This document shows, piece after piece, positions 24,553-32,644 of a stretch of DNA of 64,000 nucleotides. The notes under the pieces were generated by a model. The model saw only the letters and a program-made list of their open reading frames with translations. It was not told the origin of the DNA and made no database searches. Each line of letters starts with the position of its first letter. The stretch's first letter is position 1. A program made the translations under genes and the position numbers. The DNA lies in NCBI GenBank assembly GCA_022825005.1, contig JAJDYU010000016.1, positions 4,604 through 68,603 on the forward strand. The letters are read 5' to 3'. The DNA is from Acidimicrobiia bacterium (GTDB lineage Bacteria > Actinomycetota > Acidimicrobiia > Acidimicrobiales > Bin134).

Positions 24553-24588
24553 TACCGGAAAGCTACCGCCCCTTGGCGGCAGAGAGGC

Positions 24589-25131
24589 TTACTCAAGCAC
24601 CACGTCGGCGCTGCCGCAGTCGCTCCACAGGCCCAACCCCTGGTCGCGGGCTCTGGCGGCGGTGGCGTAAAAGGCATCGGCGTGGGTGGTATTGGGCTCG
24701 ATGACCAGGGCCTCGGCGTACCCGTTGGCGGCGACCTCGAGGTTGACGAACAGCCCGTCGCCAGAACGGTGCACATAGGCCAACAAGCGGTCGTAGCGGT
24801 CGCGCGCCTCCACATCGCGGGTCAAGCGCACCTCGGTGCCCTCCGGCAGAAGCGACCTGGTGAAAGCAGTGGCCTCGTCGCCATAGCACTCAGCCGGCAG
24901 GTAACCCCCGGCGGCCTCGGGGGTGTCGATGCCGATCAAGCGAACTCGCTCGGTGCGACCCGCTACTCGCACCACCACCGTGTCTCCGTCCACCACCTCC
25001 ACCACCGTCGCGGCAGCTCCGACTGTCGCCGCGGTTGGCCCAGGCGATTGGCCTGGTGGGCTGGCCGGGGTCCCGGAGCACCCGGCGAGCACGAGAGTCA
25101 GCAGGCCGCAGACCGCCGACGTCGGCCTCAC
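24589..25131 (-). CDS. thermonuclease (SNase-fold) lipoprotein
   Basis: Lipobox LTLVLAGC|SG. VVDGDTVVVRVAGRTERVRLIGIDTPE...RDRYDRLLAYV are staphylococcal-nuclease motifs. GTG start. Confidence 0.85.
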   Translation of the reverse strand: MRPTSAVCGLLTLVLAGCSGTPASPPGQSPGPTAATVGAAATVVEVVDGDTVVVRVAGRTERVRLIGIDTPEAAGGYLPAECYGDEATAFTRSLLPEGTEVRLTRDVEARDRYDRLLAYVHRSGDGLFVNLEVAANGYAEALVIEPNTTHADAFYATAARARDQGLGLWSDCGSADVVLE

Positions 25132-25298
25132 GCAGCACGGGGAATGTCGTCGGAGGGCGTCGGTGTCGGCTGGGGAGCGGGGTTGCGGCCCTGCAAGGCC
25201 GCTCGGGCCTGAGCGAGACCGCGGCGGCCGATCTCCTTGGTGCGCTCATCGATCCGCCAATCTGGCGGCGCCTCCAATAGCGTGAGCTGTAGCTTCAT
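25128..25298 (-). CDS. unannotated 56-aa ORF translationally coupled to the nuclease gene
   Basis: Below the track's size cut-off. My translation: MKLQLTLLEAPPDWRIDERTKEIGRRGLAQARAALQGRNPAPQPTPTPSDDIPRAA. Third-position G+C is about 75% (coding-like). Its TGA overlaps the nuclease GTG (GTGA at 25128-25131). Confidence 0.4.
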   Translation of the reverse strand: MKLQLTLLEAPPDWRIDERTKEIGRRGLAQARAALQGRNPAPQPTPTPSDDIPRAA

Positions 25299-25384
25299 AC
25301 CACCAGTATCCCGGTGGGAGTGACAGTTTGGTCGCCGACCGTGCGAATTCTCCGAAAAAACTCTCTGACGTGGGGAAAAGACCC

Positions 25385-25747
25385 TTATGAGTCTTGGGGA
25401 CCGCCCGTCATGCTGCGGTAAACCTCCAGCAGAGCCGCCTTCTGCTCGTCGGTGAGGTTGGCGTCGGACCGGATGGTGGCCTCGGTGTCGGACACGCCCT
25501 CGACGGTGTCACCGTTGGCGGCGTCGATACCCGCGGCTTGGGCCAGCAGAGTCTCAGCCGACAAGTTCAGCGCGGTGGCCAGCGACTTGATGACTCGCAC
25601 CGATGGCTGGTGCAGTCCCCTCTCCAGCTGGCTGAGATAGGGGTTGGACACCTGGGCCAGGTCTGACAGCTCCCGCAGGGTGAGCTGGGCCAGCTTGCGC
25701 TGGCTGCGAAGGTAGCTTCCGAATGCTTCTACAGCGGATTGATCCAT
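25385..25747 (-). CDS. XRE-family HTH transcriptional regulator
   Basis: 120 aa from the internal ATG 25747. LTLRELSDLAQVSNPYLSQLERGLHQPSVRVIKSLATAL is an XRE HTH. Confidence 0.8.
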   Translation of the reverse strand: MDQSAVEAFGSYLRSQRKLAQLTLRELSDLAQVSNPYLSQLERGLHQPSVRVIKSLATALNLSAETLLAQAAGIDAANGDTVEGVSDTEATIRSDANLTDEQKAALLEVYRSMTGGPQDS

Positions 25748-25755
25748 GGTTCGGC

Positions 25756-26667
25756 CTAGCTGTCGTAGTCGTAAAAGCCCTTGCCGGTCTTGCGGCCCAG
25801 GTGGCCGGCAGCCACCATGCGCCGCAGCAGCGGGGGCGGAGCGTTGTGAGAGCCCTTGAACTCCTCGTAGAGCACGTCGGCCACCGCCTCGATGGTGTCC
25901 AGCCCGATCAGGTCGCACAGCGTCAGCGGGCCCATGGGGTGGCCGCAGCCGTACATCATCCCGCTGTCGATGTCGGCCGCGCTCACCTTGCCCTCGTCGA
26001 ACATGCGGATGGCGTCGAGCAAGTAGGGCACCAGCAGCCGGTTAACCACGAACCCGGCCCGGTCCCGGCAGCGGATGACCCGCTTGCCCAGAACTTCAAC
26101 TGCGAAGCGGTCCACCCGGTCGATGGTCTCCAAGGAGGTGCCCAGCGAGCGCACCAGCTCCACCAATGGCTGTATCGGGGCCGGGTTGAAGAAGTGCATG
26201 CCGAGAACCATGTCCGACCGGCTGGTGATGGAACCCAGGGTGATTATGGGAATGGAGGAGGTGTTGGTGGCCAAGATGGCGTTCGGGGCCATCACCTTGT
26301 CCATGGCCCGAAACACCGACAGCTTCTCTTCAAGCGATTCGATGACGGCTTCGATCGCCATATCCCGGTCGGCCAGGTCGCCCATGTCGGTGCTGAGGCT
26401 GAGCGAGTCCAAGGCCAGGTCTCTAGTTGCCGCCGGGATTTTGTTCCGGGAGACCGCCTTGTTCAGCGAATTCTCGATCGACTTGCGGGCGATGTTGACC
26501 GCGGTGTCGTCCACCTCGATAACCAGGGTGTCCAATCCGGCTCGGGCACACACCTCAGCGATGCCCGATCCCATTATTCCGCCTCCGATCACCCCGACTT
26601 TGTTGATCGGCTCTATTGGCGATTCGAACTCCTGTGGCGGCGGCGCGCCGGCTTCCGTGCTCATCAT
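25756..26667 (-). CDS. hbd: 3-hydroxybutyryl-CoA dehydrogenase
   Basis: KVGVIGGGIMGSGIAEV Rossmann motif, HFFNPAP, and the C-terminal GRKTGKGFYDY. Confidence 0.85.
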   Translation of the reverse strand: MMSTEAGAPPPQEFESPIEPINKVGVIGGGIMGSGIAEVCARAGLDTLVIEVDDTAVNIARKSIENSLNKAVSRNKIPAATRDLALDSLSLSTDMGDLADRDMAIEAVIESLEEKLSVFRAMDKVMAPNAILATNTSSIPIITLGSITSRSDMVLGMHFFNPAPIQPLVELVRSLGTSLETIDRVDRFAVEVLGKRVIRCRDRAGFVVNRLLVPYLLDAIRMFDEGKVSAADIDSGMMYGCGHPMGPLTLCDLIGLDTIEAVADVLYEEFKGSHNAPPPLLRRMVAAGHLGRKTGKGFYDYDS

Positions 26668-26728
26668 TCCCTCCCACCGCCTATTCAGGCGGCCCCTTGT
26701 GGTTGTTCAGGATAGTACGCAAGCGATA

Positions 26729-26767
26729 GAAAAATAAAACGGGGCCGGTCAGTGACCGGCCCCGTTT
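26729..26767 (-). terminator. intrinsic terminator downstream of the phasin-like gene
   Basis: 14-bp perfect GC-rich stem (26737-26750 pairs with 26754-26767, 3-nt loop). On the minus strand it is followed by TTTTATTTTTC. It lies 24 nt after the stop at 26791. Confidence 0.75.
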
Positions 26768-26790
26768 ACAGGAAAGAGCTGAGGGGGGAA

Positions 26791-27102
26791 TCAGCTCTTC
26801 TTGGAAGCTGGCTGTGCCGGGGCGGCGCCGTTGGCGGACGCGGCGGCCAGCAAGTTCTGGGCGAACTCCTTCTGGGTGTTCAGCAGTTCCTGGGCGAACC
26901 CGAAGCTGACGCTCATCAGCTCCTTGGGATCGGGCAGGGAGTCAAGGCCGGGCACGGAGTCGAGCTTCAGGCTCTCGGGGGTGATGTTGCCGACCGTATC
27001 GGTGAAGGTGCGGACACCTTCGACGATGGCGGTCTGGCCCATCTTGAGGGCGCTCAGCACCTGTTCTTGCACGGCTTCGGTGATTTCTTTGACGTCGGTC
27101 AT
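26791..27102 (-). CDS. small amphipathic helical protein, candidate phasin (PHA-granule protein)
   Basis: 103 aa from ATG 27102. Rich in Ala/Gln/Glu/Leu/Thr with no Cys or Trp. It sits between hbd and phaC and has its own terminator. Confidence 0.45.
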   Translation of the reverse strand: MTDVKEITEAVQEQVLSALKMGQTAIVEGVRTFTDTVGNITPESLKLDSVPGLDSLPDPKELMSVSFGFAQELLNTQKEFAQNLLAAASANGAAPAQPASKKS

Positions 27103-27181
27103 GTTGCTTACTTTACTTAGCAACGGCTTGATCGGCAATTCAACGGGAACTTTTTTTGGAGAAATTTCCGAAGAAATCCGT

Positions 27182-28963
27182 TCAGGCCGACGCTGCGTCG
27201 CCCGAGCGCGCCTTCACGTAAAGGCCCGGGGCTTCCTCCATCGGCGCATAGGCCTCATTGCCAAGCTGCTTGGGAGCGTCGATCTTCTGGCCGGCCCGCT
27301 CGCCGATCCATTGGGCCCAGTCTTCCCACCACGTCTCCTGGTGCTGTTGGGCGCCCTCCAACCACTTCTCGGGCGACTCCGCGATCTGGTCGTTGGTCCA
27401 GTGGCGGGCCTTGGGGCTGGGCGGATTGACGATGCCGGCGATGTGGCCGGAGGTGCTGAGCACGAAGCGGTTGTGGCCGCCCAGCAGGGTGGCGGTGCGG
27501 TAGGCCGCTGTCCACGGCACGATGTGGTCGTCGATGGCCGACAGCACGTAGGAGTCCTGCTTCACGTCGGCGGGGCGCAGCGCTTTACCGTCCACCTCGA
27601 AGGCGTTATTGGCGAACTCGTTGTGGAGGTAGCACCGGCGCAGGTAGCTGCTGTGCATGCGGGCCGGCATCCGGGTGCTGTCGTTGTTCCAAGCCAGCAG
27701 GTCGAACGCCGGGGGGTCCTCGCCCAGCAGCCAATTGTTCACCACGTACTGGAAGATCAGATCGTTGGCCCGAATGGCGTCGAAGGTTCGGGCCATCTCG
27801 CTCGCCTCCAGATATCCCTGGTCGGCCATCTTGCGCTCGAGCCCGGCCACGGTGGGCTCGTCAGTGAACGCCCCCAGCACACCGGGGTCGGAGAAGTCGG
27901 TAAGGGTGTTCAAGAACGTGGCGGTGTGGATCCGCTGGTTGCCGGTGGCCGCTCCGTGGGCCATGGCAATGGCGCTGAGCGTGCCCCCCAGGCACACGTT
28001 GACTGTGTTTACCTTCTCCTGGCCAGTGATCTCCCGCACCACCCGCAGGGCGTCTAGGGGCCCTTGGTGGAGATAGTCCTCGAAGCTGGTGTCGCGCATC
28101 GACCCATCGGGGTTGCGATAGCTGATGGTGAAGCAAGTGTGGCCGTGCTGCACCGCCCACTCGATCAGGCTCTTCTGGGGGGCTAGGTCCATGATGTAGT
28201 ACTTGTTGATCCACGGCGGGCAGAACAGCATCGGCATTTCGAAGGTCTGTTTGGTCTGCGGCTCGTACTGCATGACCTCGATCAGGTCGCTGCGGTACAC
28301 CACCTTGCCGGGGGTCAAGGCCATGTTCAGCCCCGGCTCGAACCCCGAGTCGTCCACCTTGGACGGCCAACCGTCGTTGTGGCGCAGGTCGTGGAGCATG
28401 TTGGCCGCGCCCTTGATCACGCTGGCCCCGCCAGTGGCGGCCGCTTTGGCCAGAGCGTCGGGATTGGTTAGCAGCATGTTGGTAGGGGCCAGGGCGTCGA
28501 AGGCGAAGGAGGCGGCAAACTTGGCCTTGCGGTCCTCGGCCTCATCCAGGTTGGCCGCGTCGATGAGGTCATCGGCCAGGTTCCTGGTCAGCAGGTACGT
28601 TTGCTGGAGGCCGAAGAAATAGGGGTTGTCCTGCCAGGCTTCGGAGGTCCAGCGATGGTCCTTGGGCTGGGGCTGGATGGGCGCGGGGGCCTCGGGGTCG
28701 GCGGTCTTGGCCGCCTTGGCCATCGTGGCTGCTCCCACTTTCATGGCTCCGGCGGCCGCCTTCAGCAGTGCCGTGCCCACTCCCACCGGGTTGGATGCCG
28801 CCTTCATGCCCGCATTGACCAGGGTTCGGGCGAAATAGACCGGATCAAGCGTGTCGAGGATCTGGTCTCCCACCCAGTTGGGGTCTAGGACGTCGGACTC
28901 GCCGGCGGTGGCTCCGATAGTCCCTGCTTCAACCTCTTCACTCACGGTTGGGAACTTTATCAA
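27182..28963 (-). CDS. phaC: class I poly(3-hydroxyalkanoate) synthase
   Basis: 593 aa. LFCPPWINKYYIMDL, the lipase-box-like VNVCLGGTL (catalytic Cys), and the C-terminal HIAGIVNPP. The start (TTG 28963) is uncertain. Confidence 0.9.
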   Translation of the reverse strand: MIKFPTVSEEVEAGTIGATAGESDVLDPNWVGDQILDTLDPVYFARTLVNAGMKAASNPVGVGTALLKAAAGAMKVGAATMAKAAKTADPEAPAPIQPQPKDHRWTSEAWQDNPYFFGLQQTYLLTRNLADDLIDAANLDEAEDRKAKFAASFAFDALAPTNMLLTNPDALAKAAATGGASVIKGAANMLHDLRHNDGWPSKVDDSGFEPGLNMALTPGKVVYRSDLIEVMQYEPQTKQTFEMPMLFCPPWINKYYIMDLAPQKSLIEWAVQHGHTCFTISYRNPDGSMRDTSFEDYLHQGPLDALRVVREITGQEKVNTVNVCLGGTLSAIAMAHGAATGNQRIHTATFLNTLTDFSDPGVLGAFTDEPTVAGLERKMADQGYLEASEMARTFDAIRANDLIFQYVVNNWLLGEDPPAFDLLAWNNDSTRMPARMHSSYLRRCYLHNEFANNAFEVDGKALRPADVKQDSYVLSAIDDHIVPWTAAYRTATLLGGHNRFVLSTSGHIAGIVNPPSPKARHWTNDQIAESPEKWLEGAQQHQETWWEDWAQWIGERAGQKIDAPKQLGNEAYAPMEEAPGLYVKARSGDAASA

Positions 28964-29007
28964 GCAAGTTTGGCAGAACCCTCACCCACAAGTCCTAGGG
29001 TTGCCGC

Positions 29008-29988
29008 ATGGCTTCAAGACGTGACGGGATGACTGTTCCCCTGTTCGGACCTCTAGACCAGCAGGCCGCCCGGATGGCCGAGCTGGTAGAGCTGGGATAC
29101 ACCGACGTGTGGTCGTCGGAGTCCAACTCCCACGACGCCTTCACCCCTTTGGTGCTGGCCTCGCAGTGGGCGCCGACGCTTCGCTTGGGCACGGCCATCG
29201 TCCCGGCCTACACCCGGGGTCCGGCGCTATTGGCGCAGTCGGCGGCCACGCTGGCGTCTCTGGCGCCGGGGCGCTTTCTTCTGGGGGTGGGCAGCTCCTC
29301 GGATGTGATCGTGGAACGGTGGAACTCCATCCCGTTCGAATCCCCCTACCAGAGGGTGCGTGATCTTGTGCGCTTCTTGAAGCCTGCTCTGGCCGGCGAA
29401 AAGGTGAGCGGCGACTACGAGACCTTCTCGGTGCAGGGGTTCCGGCTGGGGCTGGTCCCGTCCGAGCCGCCGCCCATTCTGGTGGCGGCGCTGCGATCCC
29501 AGATGCTGACTCTGGCCGGCAAGGAAGCCGACGGGACCATCATCAACTGGCTTTCGGCCGACGACACCGCCCGGGTGAGCGAGATCGTCAACGCCCAGGG
29601 GCCCGACAAGGAGATCGTGGCCCGCATCTTCGTGTGCCCCAACCCCGACCGCGAGACGGTGATCGCCCAAGGACGGCGGGCGGTGGCCGGCTATCTCAAT
29701 GTGCCGGTCTACCGGGCCTTCCACCAGTGGTTGGGCCGGGGTGACTTGCTGGCCGAGCACTGGGAGCGGTGGGCGTCCGGCGACCGGGCGGGGTCGTTGG
29801 AGGCCATTCCCGAGCAGGTGGTGGACGACCTCATCGTGAACGGCACCCCCGAGGAGTGCCGCAAGCACATCGACCGCTACTTCGACAACGGCGCTACTAC
29901 CTCATCGCTTATGGTGATGCCCCTAGGCGGGATCGACCCCTGGGAGGCAGTCAGGTCGTTAGCGCCGCAGCCTGCTGGAGGTGGCTGA
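29008..29988 (+). CDS. LLM-class (luciferase-like) F420-dependent oxidoreductase
   Basis: ELGYTDVWSSE...LGTAIVPAYTRGPALLAQSAATLASLAPGRFLLGVGSS is the LLM pattern. The start may be ATG 29029. Confidence 0.75.
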   Translation: MASRRDGMTVPLFGPLDQQAARMAELVELGYTDVWSSESNSHDAFTPLVLASQWAPTLRLGTAIVPAYTRGPALLAQSAATLASLAPGRFLLGVGSSSDVIVERWNSIPFESPYQRVRDLVRFLKPALAGEKVSGDYETFSVQGFRLGLVPSEPPPILVAALRSQMLTLAGKEADGTIINWLSADDTARVSEIVNAQGPDKEIVARIFVCPNPDRETVIAQGRRAVAGYLNVPVYRAFHQWLGRGDLLAEHWERWASGDRAGSLEAIPEQVVDDLIVNGTPEECRKHIDRYFDNGATTSSLMVMPLGGIDPWEAVRSLAPQPAGGG

Positions 29989-31030
29989 CATAGTCGGGCA
30001 GTTGATACCCGGCAGCGGCCCCGCTGGTTGAGGGCATCACGTAAACCGGCCGACCGGCGAACTCCTGGGGTTGCACTCCGGCCTGGGCCTTTCGGTCCAT
30101 CGCGGCCCGCCAGCCGGCGAGGCCCACAAAGCACACCGCGGCGGGCTTGAGCCAGCTCACCAGCCACTCCAGCCGGTTGAGGCCCTGACGGTACTCATCG
30201 GGGGTGAGCGCGTCGGCTCGAGGCGTAGCCCGCTTCACCAGATCGGTCATGCCCACGCCGTGGTCAATCAGCGCCCGCCGGGGGTCCCGGTCGGTGCTCA
30301 CCAGCCCAGCGGCCAGCGCCGCGGGCCAGAACCGGTTTCCCGGCCGGGCGAACCCCGCACCGGCGTCGGCCGCGTACACGCTGGGGTTCAGTCCGCAGAT
30401 CAGCAGGCGCATCTCCGGTCCCACGGTGTCGGGCAGCGTTCGGGCTCGGCGGCCCTTGATGATGAGGGTGGCGGCCTTGGGAGGCTGGTCCAACCGCTCA
30501 AGGGCGTCGAGGGTGAAACCTGCACCCTCCATCAGGGGGGCGATCCAATCTTGGGGCCAATGGGAGAAGCGGCGCCCGGGGAAGTCGTCGTCGGAGAACG
30601 GTTCGAAATCGTCATCGCCCTCGAAAATGTGGAATTCCACGGGGGCGCCGGGGGCCAAAGCCCGGTGCAGGTCGGCCAGGGCCAGCGGCGTATGGCGGCG
30701 GTCGAGGTGGACGTAGCTACGCGATGCCCACGCTCCGGCCAGCGACCCTGTAGCCACGGGCAGCGCGGCCAGATCGGCCCGACATCGCAGAGCACCCGGG
30801 GCATGGTCGGGGACCATCTCCAGCATCGATCGGGCCGCATCGATGGCCAATGCCGGTGTGGGAAGAGAGCCTGTGTGCCAACCGGGGCCGCAGCCGAGAT
30901 CAGCGGTGATCCCGTTGGGGCGATCAAGGGAGGCGAACGCCTCAACCGCGGCAGTGGATTTGGGCTCTCGCTCAGCCCTCCATTCAGCAGCCCGGCCTTC
31001 GTAGACGCTGACGGTGGCTCGGTCGGCCAT
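29951..31030 (-). CDS. fusion protein: class I SAM-methyltransferase domain plus Mug/TDG-family (G:U/T mismatch) DNA glycosylase domain
   Basis: The N-terminal half has motif I ADLGCGPGWHT and post-I LAIDAARSML. The C-terminal half (LLICGLNPSVYAADAGAGFARPGNRFWPA...VYVMPSTSGAAAGY) aligns by eye with E. coli Mug ([27 protein letters not shown]...VLPNPSGLS). Confidence 0.8.
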   Translation of the reverse strand: MADRATVSVYEGRAAEWRAEREPKSTAAVEAFASLDRPNGITADLGCGPGWHTGSLPTPALAIDAARSMLEMVPDHAPGALRCRADLAALPVATGSLAGAWASRSYVHLDRRHTPLALADLHRALAPGAPVEFHIFEGDDDFEPFSDDDFPGRRFSHWPQDWIAPLMEGAGFTLDALERLDQPPKAATLIIKGRRARTLPDTVGPEMRLLICGLNPSVYAADAGAGFARPGNRFWPAALAAGLVSTDRDPRRALIDHGVGMTDLVKRATPRADALTPDEYRQGLNRLEWLVSWLKPAAVCFVGLAGWRAAMDRKAQAGVQPQEFAGRPVYVMPSTSGAAAGYQLPDYVSHLQQAAALTT

Positions 31031-31033
31031 GTC

Positions 31034-31714
31034 TCAGCGAAGCGGCCAGATCTTCTTGAACAGCCGAACGATCACTGCGCCCACCAAAGCGCCAACTACC
31101 ACATCGGAAGCATGGTGGATGCGCACATGCACCCTGCTGGCCGCCACCACCGAAGCGGCCGCCCAGAAGGGCCACCGACGGCGTCGGGACTCCGACAGCA
31201 GAGCCGCGGCCACCACCGCGGCGCTGGCATGGCCGCTGGGGAAGCTGCTGGTCAGCGGCTGGCGCAACCGGTGGGGGTGGTCGTGCTCAGCCAGCGGGCG
31301 GGAGCGGTTGAAAGCCGATTTGATCGGGCCGTTAACCAGGGCCGACTCCACCGCCAAGGCCACCGACACCCGAAGGGCCCGACGACGGCCCCGCTTTGAG
31401 GTAGCGCCCGACCAGGCGAGGGCGTGCCACAGGATGCTGAAGTTGCCCAGCTCCGAGGCGGTGTAGAACACCCGGTCGGCCACCGGGTTGCCCCGCAGCC
31501 GGGCGAAGAGCTGCTCTACGGCCTCGTCGAAAGCCTCGACAGCCGCCGAGTTGCTTGCAGGGACATCGTCCTCGAACCCCTCTTCGTCAAGCGCCTCGCC
31601 GACGTGGGCTTCGCCGAAGAACGCCACATCGTGGAGGTCCTCGTCTGCGAGGTCCTCCAGCGAGTCGGCCGCGTCGTTGGCCTCCTCGGCGCGCTCAGCC
31701 TCGTCGGCGGTCAT
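31034..31714 (-). CDS. PAP2-family lipid phosphatase with acidic N-terminal extension
   Basis: All three PAP2 motifs are present: KSAFNRSRP, PSGH and SRVHVRIHHASD. The first ~70 aa are strongly acidic (DEAERAEEANDAADSLEDLADEDL...). Confidence 0.85.
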   Translation of the reverse strand: MTADEAERAEEANDAADSLEDLADEDLHDVAFFGEAHVGEALDEEGFEDDVPASNSAAVEAFDEAVEQLFARLRGNPVADRVFYTASELGNFSILWHALAWSGATSKRGRRRALRVSVALAVESALVNGPIKSAFNRSRPLAEHDHPHRLRQPLTSSFPSGHASAAVVAAALLSESRRRRWPFWAAASVVAASRVHVRIHHASDVVVGALVGAVIVRLFKKIWPLR

Positions 31715-32616
31715 TCGCGTGCTGCCCGTATCGTCTTGTAGGCCACACCCACCTCGTGGTTGGCGTCGTTCAGAACCTTGTAGCCGGTTTCGTCGCGGAT
31801 CTGGTCGAAGTTCTCGGCCACGTCTTCCACGGTGAGGTCGGGGTTGTAGTAGCCGGGAGTTCGCCCGACGAAGAACCGGGCCACGGTGCCACCCGCCGCC
31901 GAGTACACCTCGCCCGACACCGGGCAGTCCTCATGGGCCAGAAAGCACACCACCGGGGTGACCAGCTCGGGGTTCATGGCCTCTTTGATGTCTTCGCCGA
32001 AGATGGCCTCGGTCATTCGGGTGGTGGCCACCGGGGCGATGCAGTTGGCCTTGATGTTGTACTTGGCCCCCTCTAGGGCAAGGGTGTGGGTGAGCCCCAC
32101 CAAGCCCATTTTGGCCGCGCTGTAGTTGGACTGGCCGAAGTTGCCCAGCACTCCGGCGTTGGAGGTGGCGCACACGATGCGGCCAAATCCCTGCTCGCGC
32201 ATCTGGATGAAGGCCGGGCGGGTGACGTTGAACGCCCCCCGAAGGTGGACGGCCAGCACCGGGTGTAGCTGATCGTCCTCCAGCTTGTGGAAGGTCTTGT
32301 CCCGCAAGATGCCGGCGTTGTTGATTACCACGTCAACCTGTCCGAACGCCTCCATTGCCGTCGCGGTGATGGCCGCGCCGCCCTCGGTGGTGGCCACCGA
32401 GTTGGTGTCGGCCACCGCTTCGCCGCCGCTGCCGTTGATCTCATTGGCCACCAACTGGGCCGGTCCCTCGCTGGCACCCGTCCCGTCGGTCGCCCCGCCC
32501 AAGTCGTTTACCACCAGCCGGGCCCCCCGCCGGGCCAGCTCCAGGGCATACAGGCGCCCCAGCCCGCCCCCGGCCCCCGTGACGATTGCCACCCGGTTGT
32601 CGAAGCTCAATGTCAT
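31711..32616 (-). CDS. SDR of the MFE-2/17beta-HSD4 (Hsd4A-like) type
   Basis: 301 aa from the internal ATG 32616. RVAIVTGAGGGLGRLYALELARRGARLVVNDLGG, NNAGILRD and YSAAKMG. ATGA-type overlap with the PAP2 gene. Confidence 0.8.
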   Translation of the reverse strand: MTLSFDNRVAIVTGAGGGLGRLYALELARRGARLVVNDLGGATDGTGASEGPAQLVANEINGSGGEAVADTNSVATTEGGAAITATAMEAFGQVDVVINNAGILRDKTFHKLEDDQLHPVLAVHLRGAFNVTRPAFIQMREQGFGRIVCATSNAGVLGNFGQSNYSAAKMGLVGLTHTLALEGAKYNIKANCIAPVATTRMTEAIFGEDIKEAMNPELVTPVVCFLAHEDCPVSGEVYSAAGGTVARFFVGRTPGYYNPDLTVEDVAENFDQIRDETGYKVLNDANHEVGVAYKTIRAARE

Positions 32617-32644
32617 GGGGGAAAGGTTACGACGGTAGGGGCCG

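Noticed and set aside
26801-28057. 418-aa + strand ORF over the phasin candidate and phaC.
   Set aside because: It is antisense to phaC (clear synthase motifs). This is a GC-driven open frame.
29334-29343. gttcgaatcc, a T-arm-like string suggesting a tRNA.
   Set aside because: It lies inside the LLM oxidoreductase CDS with no acceptor or anticodon stems around it. No tRNA is found in the window.
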